Source: Stegostoma tigrinum (lineage: Eukaryota). From it: a stretch of DNA of 64,000 nt. The position numbers and the translations under genes are program-made. The notes under the pieces are model-generated. The model was not told the origin of the DNA, searched no databases, and saw nothing but the letters and a program-made list of their open reading frames with translations. The stretch covers positions 20,668,629 to 20,732,628 of the forward strand of contig NC_081391.1 in assembly GCF_030684315.1 (NCBI RefSeq), given 5' to 3'. Every line of letters starts with the position of its first letter. The first letter of the stretch is position 1. Below, piece after piece: positions 10,886 through 26,572 of the stretch.

Positions 10886-11866
10886 TCCGACCCCACCACC
10901 CAAGACATTTTTCCATCCCCACCCCTGACTGCTTTCCGGAGAGACCACTCTCTCCGTGACTCCCTTGTTCGCTCCACACTGCCCTCCAACCCCACCACAC
11001 CCGGCACCTTCCCCTGCAACCGCAGGAAACGCTAAACTTGCCCCCACACCTCCTCCCTCACCCCTATCCCAGGCCCCAAGATGACATTCCACATTAAGCA
11101 GAGGTTCACCTGCACATCTGCCAATGTGGTATACTGCATCCACTGTACCCGGTGTGGCTCCCTCTACATTGGGGAAACCAAGCGGAGGCTTGGAGACCGC
11201 TTTGCAGAACACCTCCGCTCAGTTCGCAACAAACTACTGCACCTCCCAGTCGCAAACCATTTCCACTCCCCCTCCCATTCTCTAGATGACATGTCCATCA
11301 TGGGCCTCCTGCAGTGCCACAATGATGCCACCCGAAGGTTGCAGGAACAGCAACTCATATTCCGCTTGGGAACCCTGCAGCCATATGGTATCAATGTGGA
11401 CTTCACCAGTTTCAAAATCTCCCCTTCCCCCACTGCATCCCTAAACCAGCCCAGTTCGTTCCCTCCCCCCACTGCATCTCACAACCAGCCCAGCTCTTCC
11501 CCCCCACCCACTGCATCCCAAAACCAGTCCAACCTGTCTGTGCCTCCCTAACCGGTTCTTCCTCTCACCCATCCCTTCCTCCCACCCCAAACCGCACCCC
11601 CACCTACCTACTAACCTCATCCCACCTCCTTGACCTGTCCGTCTTTCCTGGACTGACCTATCCCCTCCCTACCTCCCCACCTATACTCTCTCCACCTATC
11701 TTCTTTACTCTCCATCTTCGGTCGGCCTCCCCCTCTCTCCCTATTTATTCCAGTTCCCTCTCCCCATCCCCCTCTCTGATGAAGGGTCTAGGCCCGAAAC
11801 GTCAGCTTTTGTGCTCCTGAGATGCTGCTTGGCCTGCTGTGTTCATCCAGCCTCACATTTTATTAT
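10886..11866 (+). mobile_element. Penelope-like (Neptune-type) 3' fragment, left arm only
   Basis: GIY-YIG ORF 11081..11551 plus tail. Absent at the mirror position. Confidence 0.9.
11776..11803 (+). ncRNA. Minimal hammerhead-ribozyme-like core in PLE tail
   Basis: CTGATGA-a-GGGT-ctag-GCCC-GAAAC-GTC. Related copies at 8419-8392 (-), 48765-48792 (+) and about 59885-59912 (+). Stem I pairing is weak in the monomer. Confidence 0.55.
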
Positions 11867-12409
11867 CCAGATCCAAAATGTTAGCTTTCCTGCTCCTTTG
11901 GTGCTGCTTGGCCTGCTGCGATCATCCAGCTTTACAACTCGTTACCTCAGATTCTCTTGCATCTGCAACTCCCATGATCTCAAATGGCTCTAATCTACTT
12001 TGAATAGCAAAGCTATGGCAATCTTTCAAAGGAACCTGTACTTGGGCCTGGGGTCACGGTCAGATTTAGAAATAGCCTCGTTGAGGGAATAGAGAGATGT
12101 GCATTCTCGGTTTCCTCACTTCCCACACAAAGAATATCAATGTATGAAAACCTGAATTGAACATCGACTCTATTGATTACTTCAAACTGAGATTGGTGAC
12201 TATCTGTTAAGAACAGTGTGTAAAGACAATATGGTAGGTTGCACAGGTTTTAAAGACAAGCCAAGTAAGATCCAGTTGAATGGTGCAATATGCTTGAGGA
12301 GTTGAAAACCCTCCTCCTGTTTGCATGGTCCAAATAATCTGAAACTCCTCGTATTTATTGGAATACAAGCTCGGCTCTTTCAGTTACATACCATTCCCTG
12401 ACTGAAATT

Positions 12410-12520
12410 AGTGCCTAGATTGATGGGAGATTTCTGATTGGCCATCAGTGATTGTCAATTGTCATTGGTAACATCATTTGCTGGTTGAGAGCAGGATATC
12501 CCAGGAGCATAAATACATGA
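12410..12520 (+). promoter_or_regulatory. Ferritin core promoter, gene B
   Basis: Same block (ctgattgg...gcaggat.tcccaggag) with CATAAATA at 12508-12515. Confidence 0.65.
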
Positions 12521-12582
12521 GCTTGTGGGAGAAAGGCCTAGATGTAGAGTTCTCCCAGTGGTTGTGAGTGGGAATAGTGAAG

Positions 12583-16134
<3,552 letters not shown>

Positions 16135-17169
16135 ACTGACTGCAGGGAGTGAGCTTGTTGTGAGTGTCTGAATAGGAGACCTGGTAGAGACTCCTTTTAG
16201 TAGGAGCAGCTCATTGCCCTGTACCAAGTGTAAATAAACTGCTCAATATTGGATTGTGTCTTGCCTCCCTTTCTTGGTTAATCCTTGCTGTGAGCTGTGC
16301 TATAGCTTGATCCTGTCTTAGTTCTGTTCCTGCTCATGGGAACACTTTGCACTGGGCTGTGGTTTCACTGTCTGGCCCAGATAATTGCCTGAACCAAGCT
16401 GCCTTTGAGATGGTGAGTTGTTGCCTTGAGCCACTCTACTAGATTGTGTGTGGGTAGAGCCACACTCCCCTTGAAGGAATTAGCACTGACTCAGGAACAG
16501 TGAAGGGTGAGGAATTGCTCAGGGACCTAGCCTTCTTGGTAGAAGGCTAGGAGCCATTGGGGAAATGCAAGGGATATTGTGAATGCTGGAATTAGTTAAT
16601 GAAGCATAACTAACAAATCCAGGCATTTCTGGGTTTGAATAGAACAACTTTTGATGTTGTGCTTGTGGAAATTTGCTTTCCACATTTAACTTCTCTACAA
16701 GCTGTTCAGCATTTAACTCAAAGGGAGCAGGTGCAGCTTGAACCCATGCCTCCCTGACAAGGGCTAGTCACACTACCACTGCACCACCAGGGGCTTTTCA
16801 AGCACATCATACTGAGTGACTCTCCCTAGTATGTACAATCTGACACTCCCCCTGATTGGGACTTGTCTGGTTTGTGACATTTCAGTTCTGATTAGGTTCC
16901 TGGGGAGCATTGACAAATGAAGGCTGAGGGTGCAGGTGAACAGGTTCTTTGAAGGCGTGGATGGAAACATTTGGGGTGTTTTCCCTTCATTTCTTAGTGT
17001 ATTCAGTACAGGATTGGGGACACCATGTTCCAACTGTGGAGGGCAGTGGTGAGGTCCCTTCAGGAATATTGCATTCAGTGATCATCTCCCTGCTGTCAAT
17101 GTTTGCCTTTCTTGCTTTTCCTGAAAGCTCAAGGACCAGGAAAAAGTTCTGCAAGAAGGCAGAGTAAGC

Positions 17170-17540
17170 TATGGCTAACCTCCTTGGACTGCCAGAGGCT
17201 GAGGTGGGACTTTAGATGATAAAACAACGGGGGGCATGGACAGAGTAAATAGCTGACGATGAACATCCCAGGGTTTGGGCAAGCAGAGGGTGTAGTTGAT
17301 TAGTTGAACGGTGGGGGGAGAGAGATTTAAACAGGACTGTGGGGCAACTTTCCCACCCAGGGTGGTGAGTCTGGAATGAGCTGCTGCTGGAGGTTGGTCC
17401 AGTGACAAAATAGAGATGGACCCCACCTCAGTAAATGATTAGGAATGGTTCAGAGGGATATAGCCAGATGGGGCCAGACCAGTTTTGGATAAATGGTGGG
17501 CATAGATGGACTTCAGGTATTAGTCATTCTCCATGCTGAA
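17170..17540 (+). mobile_element. Degenerate CR1-type LINE 3' fragment
   Basis: ggggcatggacagagtaaatag...caactttcccacccagggtggtgagtctggaatgagctgc. Paralogs at about 7330-7520, 28850-29230, 38710-39080, 49650-49850. Confidence 0.55.
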
Positions 17541-17720
17541 TCTTAGTCTTAGTCCAACTGAGGTTTTATCAGTGCTTTACAAGGTTTATTCTAATGCATT
17601 TGTGGTTGAACCAAACGATGTATGTTCTTTGTAAAGTTCAACGATCCGAGGAGTGGGGCATAAACTATTCCAACACACGTGCCCTTTTCCATGTCGTTAT
17701 CAGCTGCAAGCAAAACAACC

Positions 17721-17874
17721 CCTCCTACAATGCAGTGATAATGGGAACTGCAGATCCTCTCTGATGAAGGGTCTGGGCCTGAAATGCCAGCTTTTGTGTT
17801 CCCGAGATGCTGCTGGGCCTGCTGTGTTCATCCAGCCTCACATTTTATAGTCTTGGAGCCTCCTACAATGCAGT
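17721..17874 (+). mobile_element. Mini Penelope tail insertion (122 bp) with 16-bp TSD
   Basis: cctcctacaatgcagt at 17721-17736 and 17859-17874 flanks a PLE tail. The paralogous site near 7750 is empty. Mirror copy at about 38376-38529. Confidence 0.8.
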
Positions 17875-19344
17875 TGGTTAAAGACCTATAACAGACAGCT
17901 AACAAAGCAGTAAAGAGAGCAACAGAAATATCTGTGTTCCTTCCCAAAACCAAAATGAGGGGAAGCAAATCTGTAACCAAGGATTAGCACCACTGACGTT
18001 TTGTCAGGGTCAGATTCTGTACAGCAATTTTCATTTTAATTTTCAAGATCAGCTGGTGGGAAGCAAAACTTGTTCAAACATTGGGTACTGCAGAAATATG
18101 ACGAATAACATTCTCTGGCATTTCTGATGATGACAAAGGTTCTGCTGACATTCAGACTTCAGATGCTCTATTTTGGGAGACACAGCTGGAGTTCATGTTG
18201 TACTGCCAATGGCTGGGGGAAATGCCTGATCATTTCACAGGTATATGTAGAAGCTAAGGTATGAAGTGATTTCACAGAAGCCAATCCATGTGGAAAGCTT
18301 ATGAGCACCATGTAATCTGTCATCCATCATTTCCTTGTAAAGGACCCTTCTAAGCAAACACAAAGAATGGTCCCTTGATGCCCATCTGGGGAAAGGAAGC
18401 AAGGTCAAAACAAGACTACAAGCCAGTAGCATCTGCCAGTGCTTGACTAGGGAACAACTATTCCAATCCTTTTAGACTCAAATCAATTTATTCAGTTGAA
18501 TCTACTCAGTAGATGGTACTGAACTTCATCCTACCATAATAAAACAAATACACAAGATTCTTATAACAGATAGAAATTATCTCTAAAGGGGTCTCAATTT
18601 CTTTAACGTTCTCTGCCCACATGTTCTGAAATCTGCAACCACTCAGGAGCTCTCTGCAAAAACTTGACACAAGACCATTAACAAGTGAGTGTGTCCGTCA
18701 ACATTGTATTATACATTTCCTGCAGTGTATTTATTTGGATTAGGACGTGAGAAGAACGTGACTATCTGTGGTTTATGTTACACAGACAACCAGGGAGTAA
18801 GCCAGGAACACCAACTATTCCCACAGAGCCAGGCACCATTGTCGCTCATCAAAGTCTCTAGTGACCATTGAATGACCATGTGACATCCATTAGTTGGGAC
18901 AAAGCCCTTTGTGACAAATGGACATTCCCTGCTTCTCAGATCCACTATGACCAAGACATCCGTCAATGTCCAGATACATTTCCAGTTCGGGTGGGTCGGC
19001 TGTATCCGGTGATGGTGTCTGTCCCGAGAGGCCTGTGCGTGGATTGTGATCGGTGGATCCTGATGTCAATCACTGGTTGCCTGATCTGGCCCATCAAACC
19101 CAAAGAGTTAAATCCAAAAACACATCTCATCACCTATTCCAGGAGCGAACTGCTGAGTGTTACAATGTGAAACAGCTCAGAAACGAACACTTTGGTCCAA
19201 CTCACCCATGCGAGCCAGGGATCTCAAACTGAACTGATCCCATTAGTAGGCATTTGGCTCATATCTCTTCTTGAGAGCCAGACCAAGCCTCCTCAAATAC
19301 TCAGAGACACACAGCATGGAAACAGACCCTTTGGAATATTTTTC

Positions 19345-19690
19345 CATCGGAGTGAGAAGGTTGAGAGGTGACTCATAGAGGTTTATGAAATAATGAGGGG
19401 CATAGATTGTGTTTTTGTCTTCTGTAGTATCTAGATTGCAAGACTAGGATGCACATCTGTAAGGTGAGAGAAGAGGGAATTTAAAAATACGTGAGGGGCA
19501 GATTTTTTCCAGAAAGGGTTATTTGTGTGTGGAATGAATGTCCAGAGGAAGTGCCGGATGTAGGTACAATTACAAAGGTAAAAGACATTTGGATAGGTAC
19601 ATGATCGGGAAGGTTTTGGAGGGATCTGGGCCAGAATCAGGCCGTGGAATTAGTTTAGTTTGGGATTACGGTTGGCGTGGACTGGTGAAG
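19345..19690 (+). mobile_element. CR1/HER1-type LINE 3' fragment
   Basis: ggttgagaggtgactcatagaggtttatgaaataatgaggggcataga...tggaatgaa..ccagaggaagt...aaagacatttggataggtacatg. Mirror at about 36565-36905. Confidence 0.65.
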
Positions 19691-20799
19691 AGTGTCATAT
19701 ATTTTCTTGTTTTAAACGTGTTACAGATGAAATTTGATTGATCAAACTATTAACTTCAAACAAAGCACGTTTTATTTTTATACGACAGTTGAAGTACAGG
19801 CAAAACAAAAAGGAAAGTATTATCTTACCTCTCGAAATGCTGAACAAAATAGTAGACACATTAACTAATACTAATTAACTGTTCCAACACAGTGACATCC
19901 TGCAAACACACCCTTGACAAAGGCAGATTCAGTGAAAAAGATTGTCTCACATGCAATTCTAACAGCTTGTAGATGTAACAGAGAGAGGAATAAGAGCTCC
20001 CACGGCCAACTCAAAAACCTCAGCGACTGCTGAAATTTAAAACAAAAATTCCTGGTTCATTGGGTGCTTGACTAAACACTCACCACCTTCACCATCACCA
20101 AATCCCCCTCCCACAATTCCCCACGAACCCACTCCCCCAAGCAACTCAACTCAGGTCGCTTCGAATGTTCGAACTCCAATAATAAGCCTCGATTCCTCAC
20201 AAGTTACTTTCTTGACTTTGAGTGAAGTGCTCTCCACCTCTGTCACCAACCTTCTTCATTTGAAACTAAAGGCAAAATACAACTCCTAAAGCCGTTGTTT
20301 TGTCACACCTGCTGAACCCTTCCTATTCATGTTCCTGTCCAAATTGCTTTTAAATGTCTCTACGAGGTCCTCCGACAGTTCATTCCAAACATGCACCACC
20401 CTCTGCATGAAAAACCTGCCCCTCCGGTCCCTTTTCAATCTTCTAGAACGAAGCTAATTGTAAACACTTGGGGTATCGGTGAAACATTTGAGGCAAAAGA
20501 ATCATCTTTGGTCAGATGGTGGAAATCTGCTTCACTCAAGGTAACATTTTTAATCACTTCATCCCTGTCCCAGAATAGACACTTTTTGAGCAACCTGTTC
20601 AGGAGGCAGTGGCACCTGACACTCGTGTCCTTAGAACCAGAGGCATGGACACTGCCACCCCACATATCTATTTATAAACGACCAGCTCGATTGGCCTGCA
20701 TTGAAAAAACTATCACTCCAAAAGCACTTGCTTCATCAAGAATAATTTGCCAAACCTCTGTCTCTGTGTCTCAGCATTGTCCCCATAACAACCTTTCCC

Positions 20800-20920
20800 T
20801 TTTCATTGGTGCCCAGATTGATGGGACATTCCTGATTGGATGTTAGGAATTGTCAGTAATCAGTGGTAATGTCATTCACTGGTTGAGTGCAGGATGTTCC
20901 CAGGAGCATAAATACAAGAG
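20800..20920 (+). promoter_or_regulatory. Ferritin core promoter, pseudogene C
   Basis: Same conserved block, CATAAATA at 20907-20914. Confidence 0.55.
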
Positions 20921-20968
20921 TTTGTGGTAGAGTGGTTCAGTTTTTATTTGGTCTGGGTAATAGTGAAG

Positions 20969-23433
20969 ATGGTTTCCCAAGTATGTCAGAACTACCACCA
21001 GGACTGTGAGGATGCTGTTAACAAGCAGATCAACCTGGAGCTCTATTCCTGGATGTGAGTTTGCTCGCTGAGCTGGAGTGTCAGTTTTCAGACATTTTGT
21101 CACCATTCTAAGTAACATCATCAGTGAGCCTCTGATGAAGTGCTGGTGTCATGTCCTGCTTTCTATTTATCTGGCTAGGTTTCCTTGGGTTGATGTCATT
21201 TCCTCTTCTTTGGCTCCAAATCAATCTGCCATCTTCTGAGAAAATGTGTTGGTTGATGGAGTTCCGGTTGGAATGACATGCTTCTAGGAATTCTTGTACA
21301 TGTCTCTGTTTGGCTTGTCCTAGGATGGATGTGTTGTCCCAATCAATGTGGTGTCCTTCCTTATCTGTATGTAAGGATACGAGTGATAGTGGGTCATGTT
21401 GTTTTGTGGCTAGTTGATGTTCATGTATCCTGGTGGCTGGCTTCCTGCCAGTTTGTCCAATGTAGTGTTTGTCACAATTCTTGCAAGGTATTTTGTAGAT
21501 GTTCGTTTTATTTGTTGTCTGTATAGGGTCTTTTCAGTTCATTAGCTGCTATTTTAGTGTGTTTGTGGGTTACCCTGATGCCAAGGGGTCCGAGTAGTCT
21601 GGCAGTCATTTTGGAAATGTCTTTGTAGGGGAGAGTGGTTATGGTTTCTGAGCCTGTTTGGTCTGTTTGGGTTTGCTGAGGAATCGGCGGACTGTGTTCA
21701 TAGGGCAGCCATTCTTTTTGAATACGCTGTATAGGTGATTTTTCTTCTGCTCTTTGTAGTTCCTCTGTGCTGCAGTGTGTGGTGGCTCGTTGGAATAATG
21801 TTCTAATGCAGCTTCGTTTGTGGGTGTTGGGATGGTTGCTCCTGTAGTTCAGTATTTGGTCCGTATGTGTTGTTTTCCTGTAGACACTGGTTTGAAGTTC
21901 CCCATTGACTGTTCGCTCTACTGTGACATCTAGGAATGGCAGTTTGCTGTTGTTCTCCTCCTCTTTTGTGAATGTTATGCCAGTAAGGGTATTATTGATA
22001 GTCTTGAAGGTTTCCTCTAATTTGTTTTGTTTAGTGATGACAAAGGTGTCGTCCACATAGTGGACCCAAAGTTTGGGTTGTATGATTGGCAGAGCTGTTT
22101 GTTCAAGTCTCTGCATTACACCAGACACCCCCAACCTCATCAGCAAGGACAACATCATCAAGCTAGTGGACCTATGCCTTGCCACCCACTTCACTTCCAA
22201 TAACAAAACCTACAGACAAACCAACAGTACACCCATGGGATCTCCGATATCAGGGTTCTTAGCAGAGGCAGTAATGCAGAGACTCGAACAAACAGCTCTG
22301 CCAATTATCCAACCCAAACTTTGGGTCCGCTACGTGGATGACACCTTGTTTCATTTAGTGATGACAAAGTTAGAGGAAACCTTCAAGACCATCAACAATA
22401 CCCTTTACTGGCATAACATTCACAAAAGAGGAGGAAAACAACAGCAAACTGCCATTCCTAGATGTCACAGTAGAGCGAACAGTCAATGGGGAACTTCAAA
22501 CCAGCGTCTACAGGAAAACAACACAAACGGACCAAATACTGAGCTACAGGAGCAACCATCCCAACGCCCACAAACGAAGCTGCATTAGAACATTATTCCA
22601 ACGAGCCACCACACACTGCAGCACAGAGGAACTATGAAGAGCAGAAGAAAAATCACCTATACAGCATATCCAAAAGGAATGGATGCCCTATGAACACAGT
22701 CTGCCGTGTTTTTTTTTCCCTCAGCAACAAACCCAAACAGACAAAACGGGCTCAGAAACCATAACCACTCTCCCCTACATCAAAGACACTTCCGAAATGA
22801 CTGCCAGACTACTCGGACCCCTTGGCATCAAGGTAGCCCACCAACACTAAAACAGCAGCTAATGAACTTAAGACTCTATACAGACAACAAATAAAAATGA
22901 ACATCATCTACAAAATACCTTGCAAGAACTGTGACAAACACTACATTTGACAAACTGGCAGGAAGCTAGCCACCAGGATACATGAACACCAACTAGCCAC
23001 AACGACATGACCCACTATCACTCGTATCCTTACATACAGATGAGGAAGGACACCACTTTGATTGGGGACAACACATCCATCCTCGGACAAGCCAAACAGA
23101 GACATGTACGAGAATTCCTAGAAGCATAGCATTCCAACTGCAACTCCACCAACAAATACATTGGCTCCAAAAAAAAATCAATCTACCATTCCCCCTGAGG
23201 AAAAAGAACAGGAAATGACATCACCAACCCAAGGAAACCTAACTAGATAAATAGAAAGCGGGACATGACTCCCAGTGTGGCTTCGGAGGATCACTGATGA
23301 TGTTACCTAGAAATGGTGACAAAATGAATGAAAACTGACCTTCCAGCTCAGCGAGCATACTCACATCCAGAACCTCAACCTGAGCTACATATCTTCTCAA
23401 AAGCTCTATTCCTCTTATGCCTACCTTTCCAGG
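20969..23433 (+). pseudogene. Ferritin pseudogene C: exon 1 only, split by a 2.35-kb retroelement
   Basis: [27 protein letters not shown] at 20969-21049 resumes at about 23414 (SYAYLSR|gtgag, ends 23433). Intron 1 runs to about 24210, then a PLE. No exons 2-4 follow on this strand. Confidence 0.9.
21051..23401. mobile_element. Penelope-like element of a second family (Penelope/Poseidon-type): two 5'-truncated copies head-to-head, 12-bp TSD
   Basis: Plus copy about 22120-23401 (PMGSPISGFLAEAVMQRLE...WVRYVDD; decayed GIY-YIG NIIYKIPCKNCDKHYI). Minus copy 21051-about 22119. TSD agctctattcct at 21039-21050 and 23402-23413. Confidence 0.9.
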
Positions 23434-24210
23434 GTGAGCCTTGAGAGTTCACTCTTTTTCTCCTTGCTTGTTTTTGCTCACCATTTTCTTTCTCCCCCCA
23501 CTACCCTATTCCCCCACCACACAAGAGGGGAAATTAAGGGTGGGAAATATCTGTGATGCCCAAGTCCCATGTGTTTTCATACTTGTCTTTTTTAATTGTA
23601 TCTGGGAGGGGCAGAGTTTCTTAACTCCATGAGTTGACTTTTTTGAATCATCCTCCTTTTTTTTTTCCCCCCCTCCTATCTTTTTCTTGCCTTGTTAAGA
23701 GGCTAGCTACTGTGTGTTCTCTCTTGGGCTTTGTTCTGAAGTGTTTTTTTATTAATTGGGATAAAATCCAAGGCTCTTTGTAGCTTCTTGGATGATTTTC
23801 ATCTTTTGTCAAACTGCTCCCTTTCTATTCCAATGCTGTTAAAGTGAATTGGGTGACTCACGCTTGAGGCGGTCACTATTTGAGTCCTCCTGCCTGTTTC
23901 TGAAGGAGTATAACCCTGCTGTGTTGACCCCAACACCTAGTACACCTAGTCCTTCAATTATGATATTTTACATTACTATCTCAATGGCAAGGGATTTTCT
24001 CTGAACTGATAGGAAGTGATTACTTTCAGGTTTTTGGTGAAAGGGTTTCTGATTATATCACTTGAATTGAGCACTGAAATTAATCTAGGCTCCCTGTTAA
24101 AATGGATGGATTGGGCATCACAGATATTTCCCACCCTTAATTTCTCCTGGATATTGAGGAAGGAATGGCTATTGAGTTGTCTGGCGCAAGTTGCAACTCA
24201 TTTGCTCCAT

Positions 24211-24460
24211 CAGCGGTGGGCGGGGTTGCGTCGGCGTCGGGGCGGGGTTTCGTCGGCGTTTAGGGTGCGGCGTCAGCGGTGGGCGGGGTTGCGTCGGCAT
24301 CTGCGTGGGCGGAGTTTTGACGGCGGTGGGCGGAGCGGGATGGGCGGTCTTCCAGCAGCGGTGGGCGGTGTTGCATCGGCGGTGGGCGGAGCGGCGTTGG
24401 CGGAGGGCGGGGTTTCGTCGGCTGTGGGCGGAGCGGCGTGGATGGCAGCAGCAGCGGTGC
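24211..24460. repeat. GC/CpG-rich degenerate minisatellite (gcggtgggcgg-containing units, roughly 20 bp) inside PLE 5' region
   Basis: Recurrent gcggtgggcgg(g/a) and cgtcggc motifs. Confidence 0.7.
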
Positions 24461-26572
24461 AGGTTCCGTGGTGTCAGTTCTGGAAGTGGAGGCGGTGACT
24501 GCAGGAGCAGGGATAAACGTTGCTGAAGGGGCTCGATGTCCTGGATGTAGAGGTTGTAGATGGTCACGTTTGGGGATAAATTGGGAAGGCTTGAATGTGG
24601 ACTGTAGCCCATTGGGGATGATCTGGTTCCGTAGGCAGGTGCTAGCAACCCCTGGCAACGTCTCTCCCTGCGAGTCCTGAAACAGACACTCACAGCCATG
24701 CGCCGGCATCCCCAGGCACTGCAATCCAGCTCAGAGCTTCCCTCTCCCAGACCTGCAAAGGACCTCTGCTGTTTTCTATCCTCCGCAGGACCCACAGACT
24801 GAACGCCCAGTTCTACTCAGCTCTACTGGACACCAAAAATCGTAAGTACAACCAACTCACTGGCTCCTGCCACCCACTAGAGGATTCCTCCACCTCCCAA
24901 ATCCCCAGCCTGACCCTGCACCTCCCCAACCATGTATCCGCCGCCATTGACCATGAGGACACGGCCGGGGACCGTGAACGCGACCGCTACTGCAGTCACT
25001 GCCTCCACTTCCAGAACGAACACCACAAACATCAGCCTCAGCCCGCTTCTATCTCCTTCCCAAAATCCACAAATCCGCCTGCCCTGGTCGACCCATTGTC
25101 TCCACCTGCTCCTGCCCCACCGACCTCATCTCCACCTATCTGGACTCCATTTTCTCCACCTTGGTCCAGGAACTCCTACCTACATCCGTGACACCACCCA
25201 TGCCCTCCACCTCCTCCAGAACTTCCAATTCCCTGGTCCCCAACACCTCATTTTCACCATGGACGTCCAGTCCCTATACATCTGCATTCCCCATGCAGAT
25301 GGCCTCAAGGCCCTCTGCTTCTTCCTGTCCTGCAGGCCCGGCCAGTCCCCCTCCACCGACACCCTCATCAGCCTAGCCAAACTCGTTCTCACCTTCAACA
25401 ACTTCTCTTTCGATTCCTCTCACTTCCTACAGACATGGGGGTGGCCATGGGCCCAAGCTTTGCCTGCCTCTTTGTAGGTTACGTGGAACAGTTACTCTTC
25501 CGCAACTACACTGGCCACCCAAACCCCATCACACTCATCTTCCTGCAAAAAATTCCATCCCCTATTCCCAATTCCTTCGTCTCCGCCGCATCTGCTCCCA
25601 GGATGAGGCAATCCATTCCCACATATCCTAGATGTCCGCATTCTTCAAGGACCGCAACTTCTCCCCCGCAGTGGTCGAGAAGGCCCTCGACTGTGTCTCC
25701 CGCATTTCCCGCAACACATCCCACACACCCCACACCCGCAATAACCGGCCAAAGAGAATCCCCTTGTCCTCACATACCACCCCACCAACTTCCGGATACA
25801 ACGCATCATCCACTGACACTTCTGCCATCTACAATCCGACCCCACCACCCAAGACATTTTTCCATCCCCACCCTTGTCTGCCTTCCGGAGAGACCACTCT
25901 CTCTGTGACTCCCTTGTTCGCTCCACACTGCCCTCCAACCCCACCACACCTGGCACTTTCCCCGGCAACCACAGGAAGTGCCACACTTGCCCCCACACCT
26001 CCTCCCTCACCCCCATCCCAGGCCCCAAGATGACTTTCCACATTAAGCAGAGGTTCACCTGCACATCTGCCAATGTGGTATACTGCATCCACTGTACCCG
26101 GTGTGGCATCCTCTACATTGGGGAAACCAAGCGTAGGCTTGGGGACCGCTTTGCAGAACACCTCCGCTCGGTTCGCAACAAACAACTGCACCTCCCAGTC
26201 GCAAACCATTTTAACTCCCCCTCCCATTCTTTACACGCCATGTCCATCATGGGCCTCCTGCAGCGCCATAATGAAGCCACTGGAAGGTTGCAGGAACAGT
26301 AACTCATATTCCGCTTGGGAACCCTGCAGCCCAATGGTATCAATGTGGACTTCACTAGCTTCTAAGTCTCCCCTTCCCCGACTGCATCCCAAAACCAGCC
26401 CAGCGCATCCCTACCTCCCTAACCTGTTCTTCCTCCCACCTATCACATCCTGCCACACCTCCATTCCCCACTACTAACCTCGTCCCACCTCCTCGACTTG
26501 TCCGTCCTCCCTGTTCTGATCTGTCCCCTCCCTACGTCCCCACCTATACTCTCCTCTCCACCTATCTTCTCC
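24211..26572 (+). mobile_element. Rearranged, degenerate Penelope-like (Neptune-type) element with inverted 5' part
   Basis: Plus part about 24655-26572 has RT pieces ([29 protein letters not shown]) and GIY-YIG (25874..26302), with frameshifts and deletions. 24211-about 24655 is inverted 5' material (24464-24505 is complementary to about 24990-25030). Confidence 0.85.

Noticed and set aside
24016-24795. Long Pro/Arg/Gly-rich ORFs on both strands
   Set aside because: Result of the GC-rich minisatellite and PLE 5' fragments lacking stop codons.
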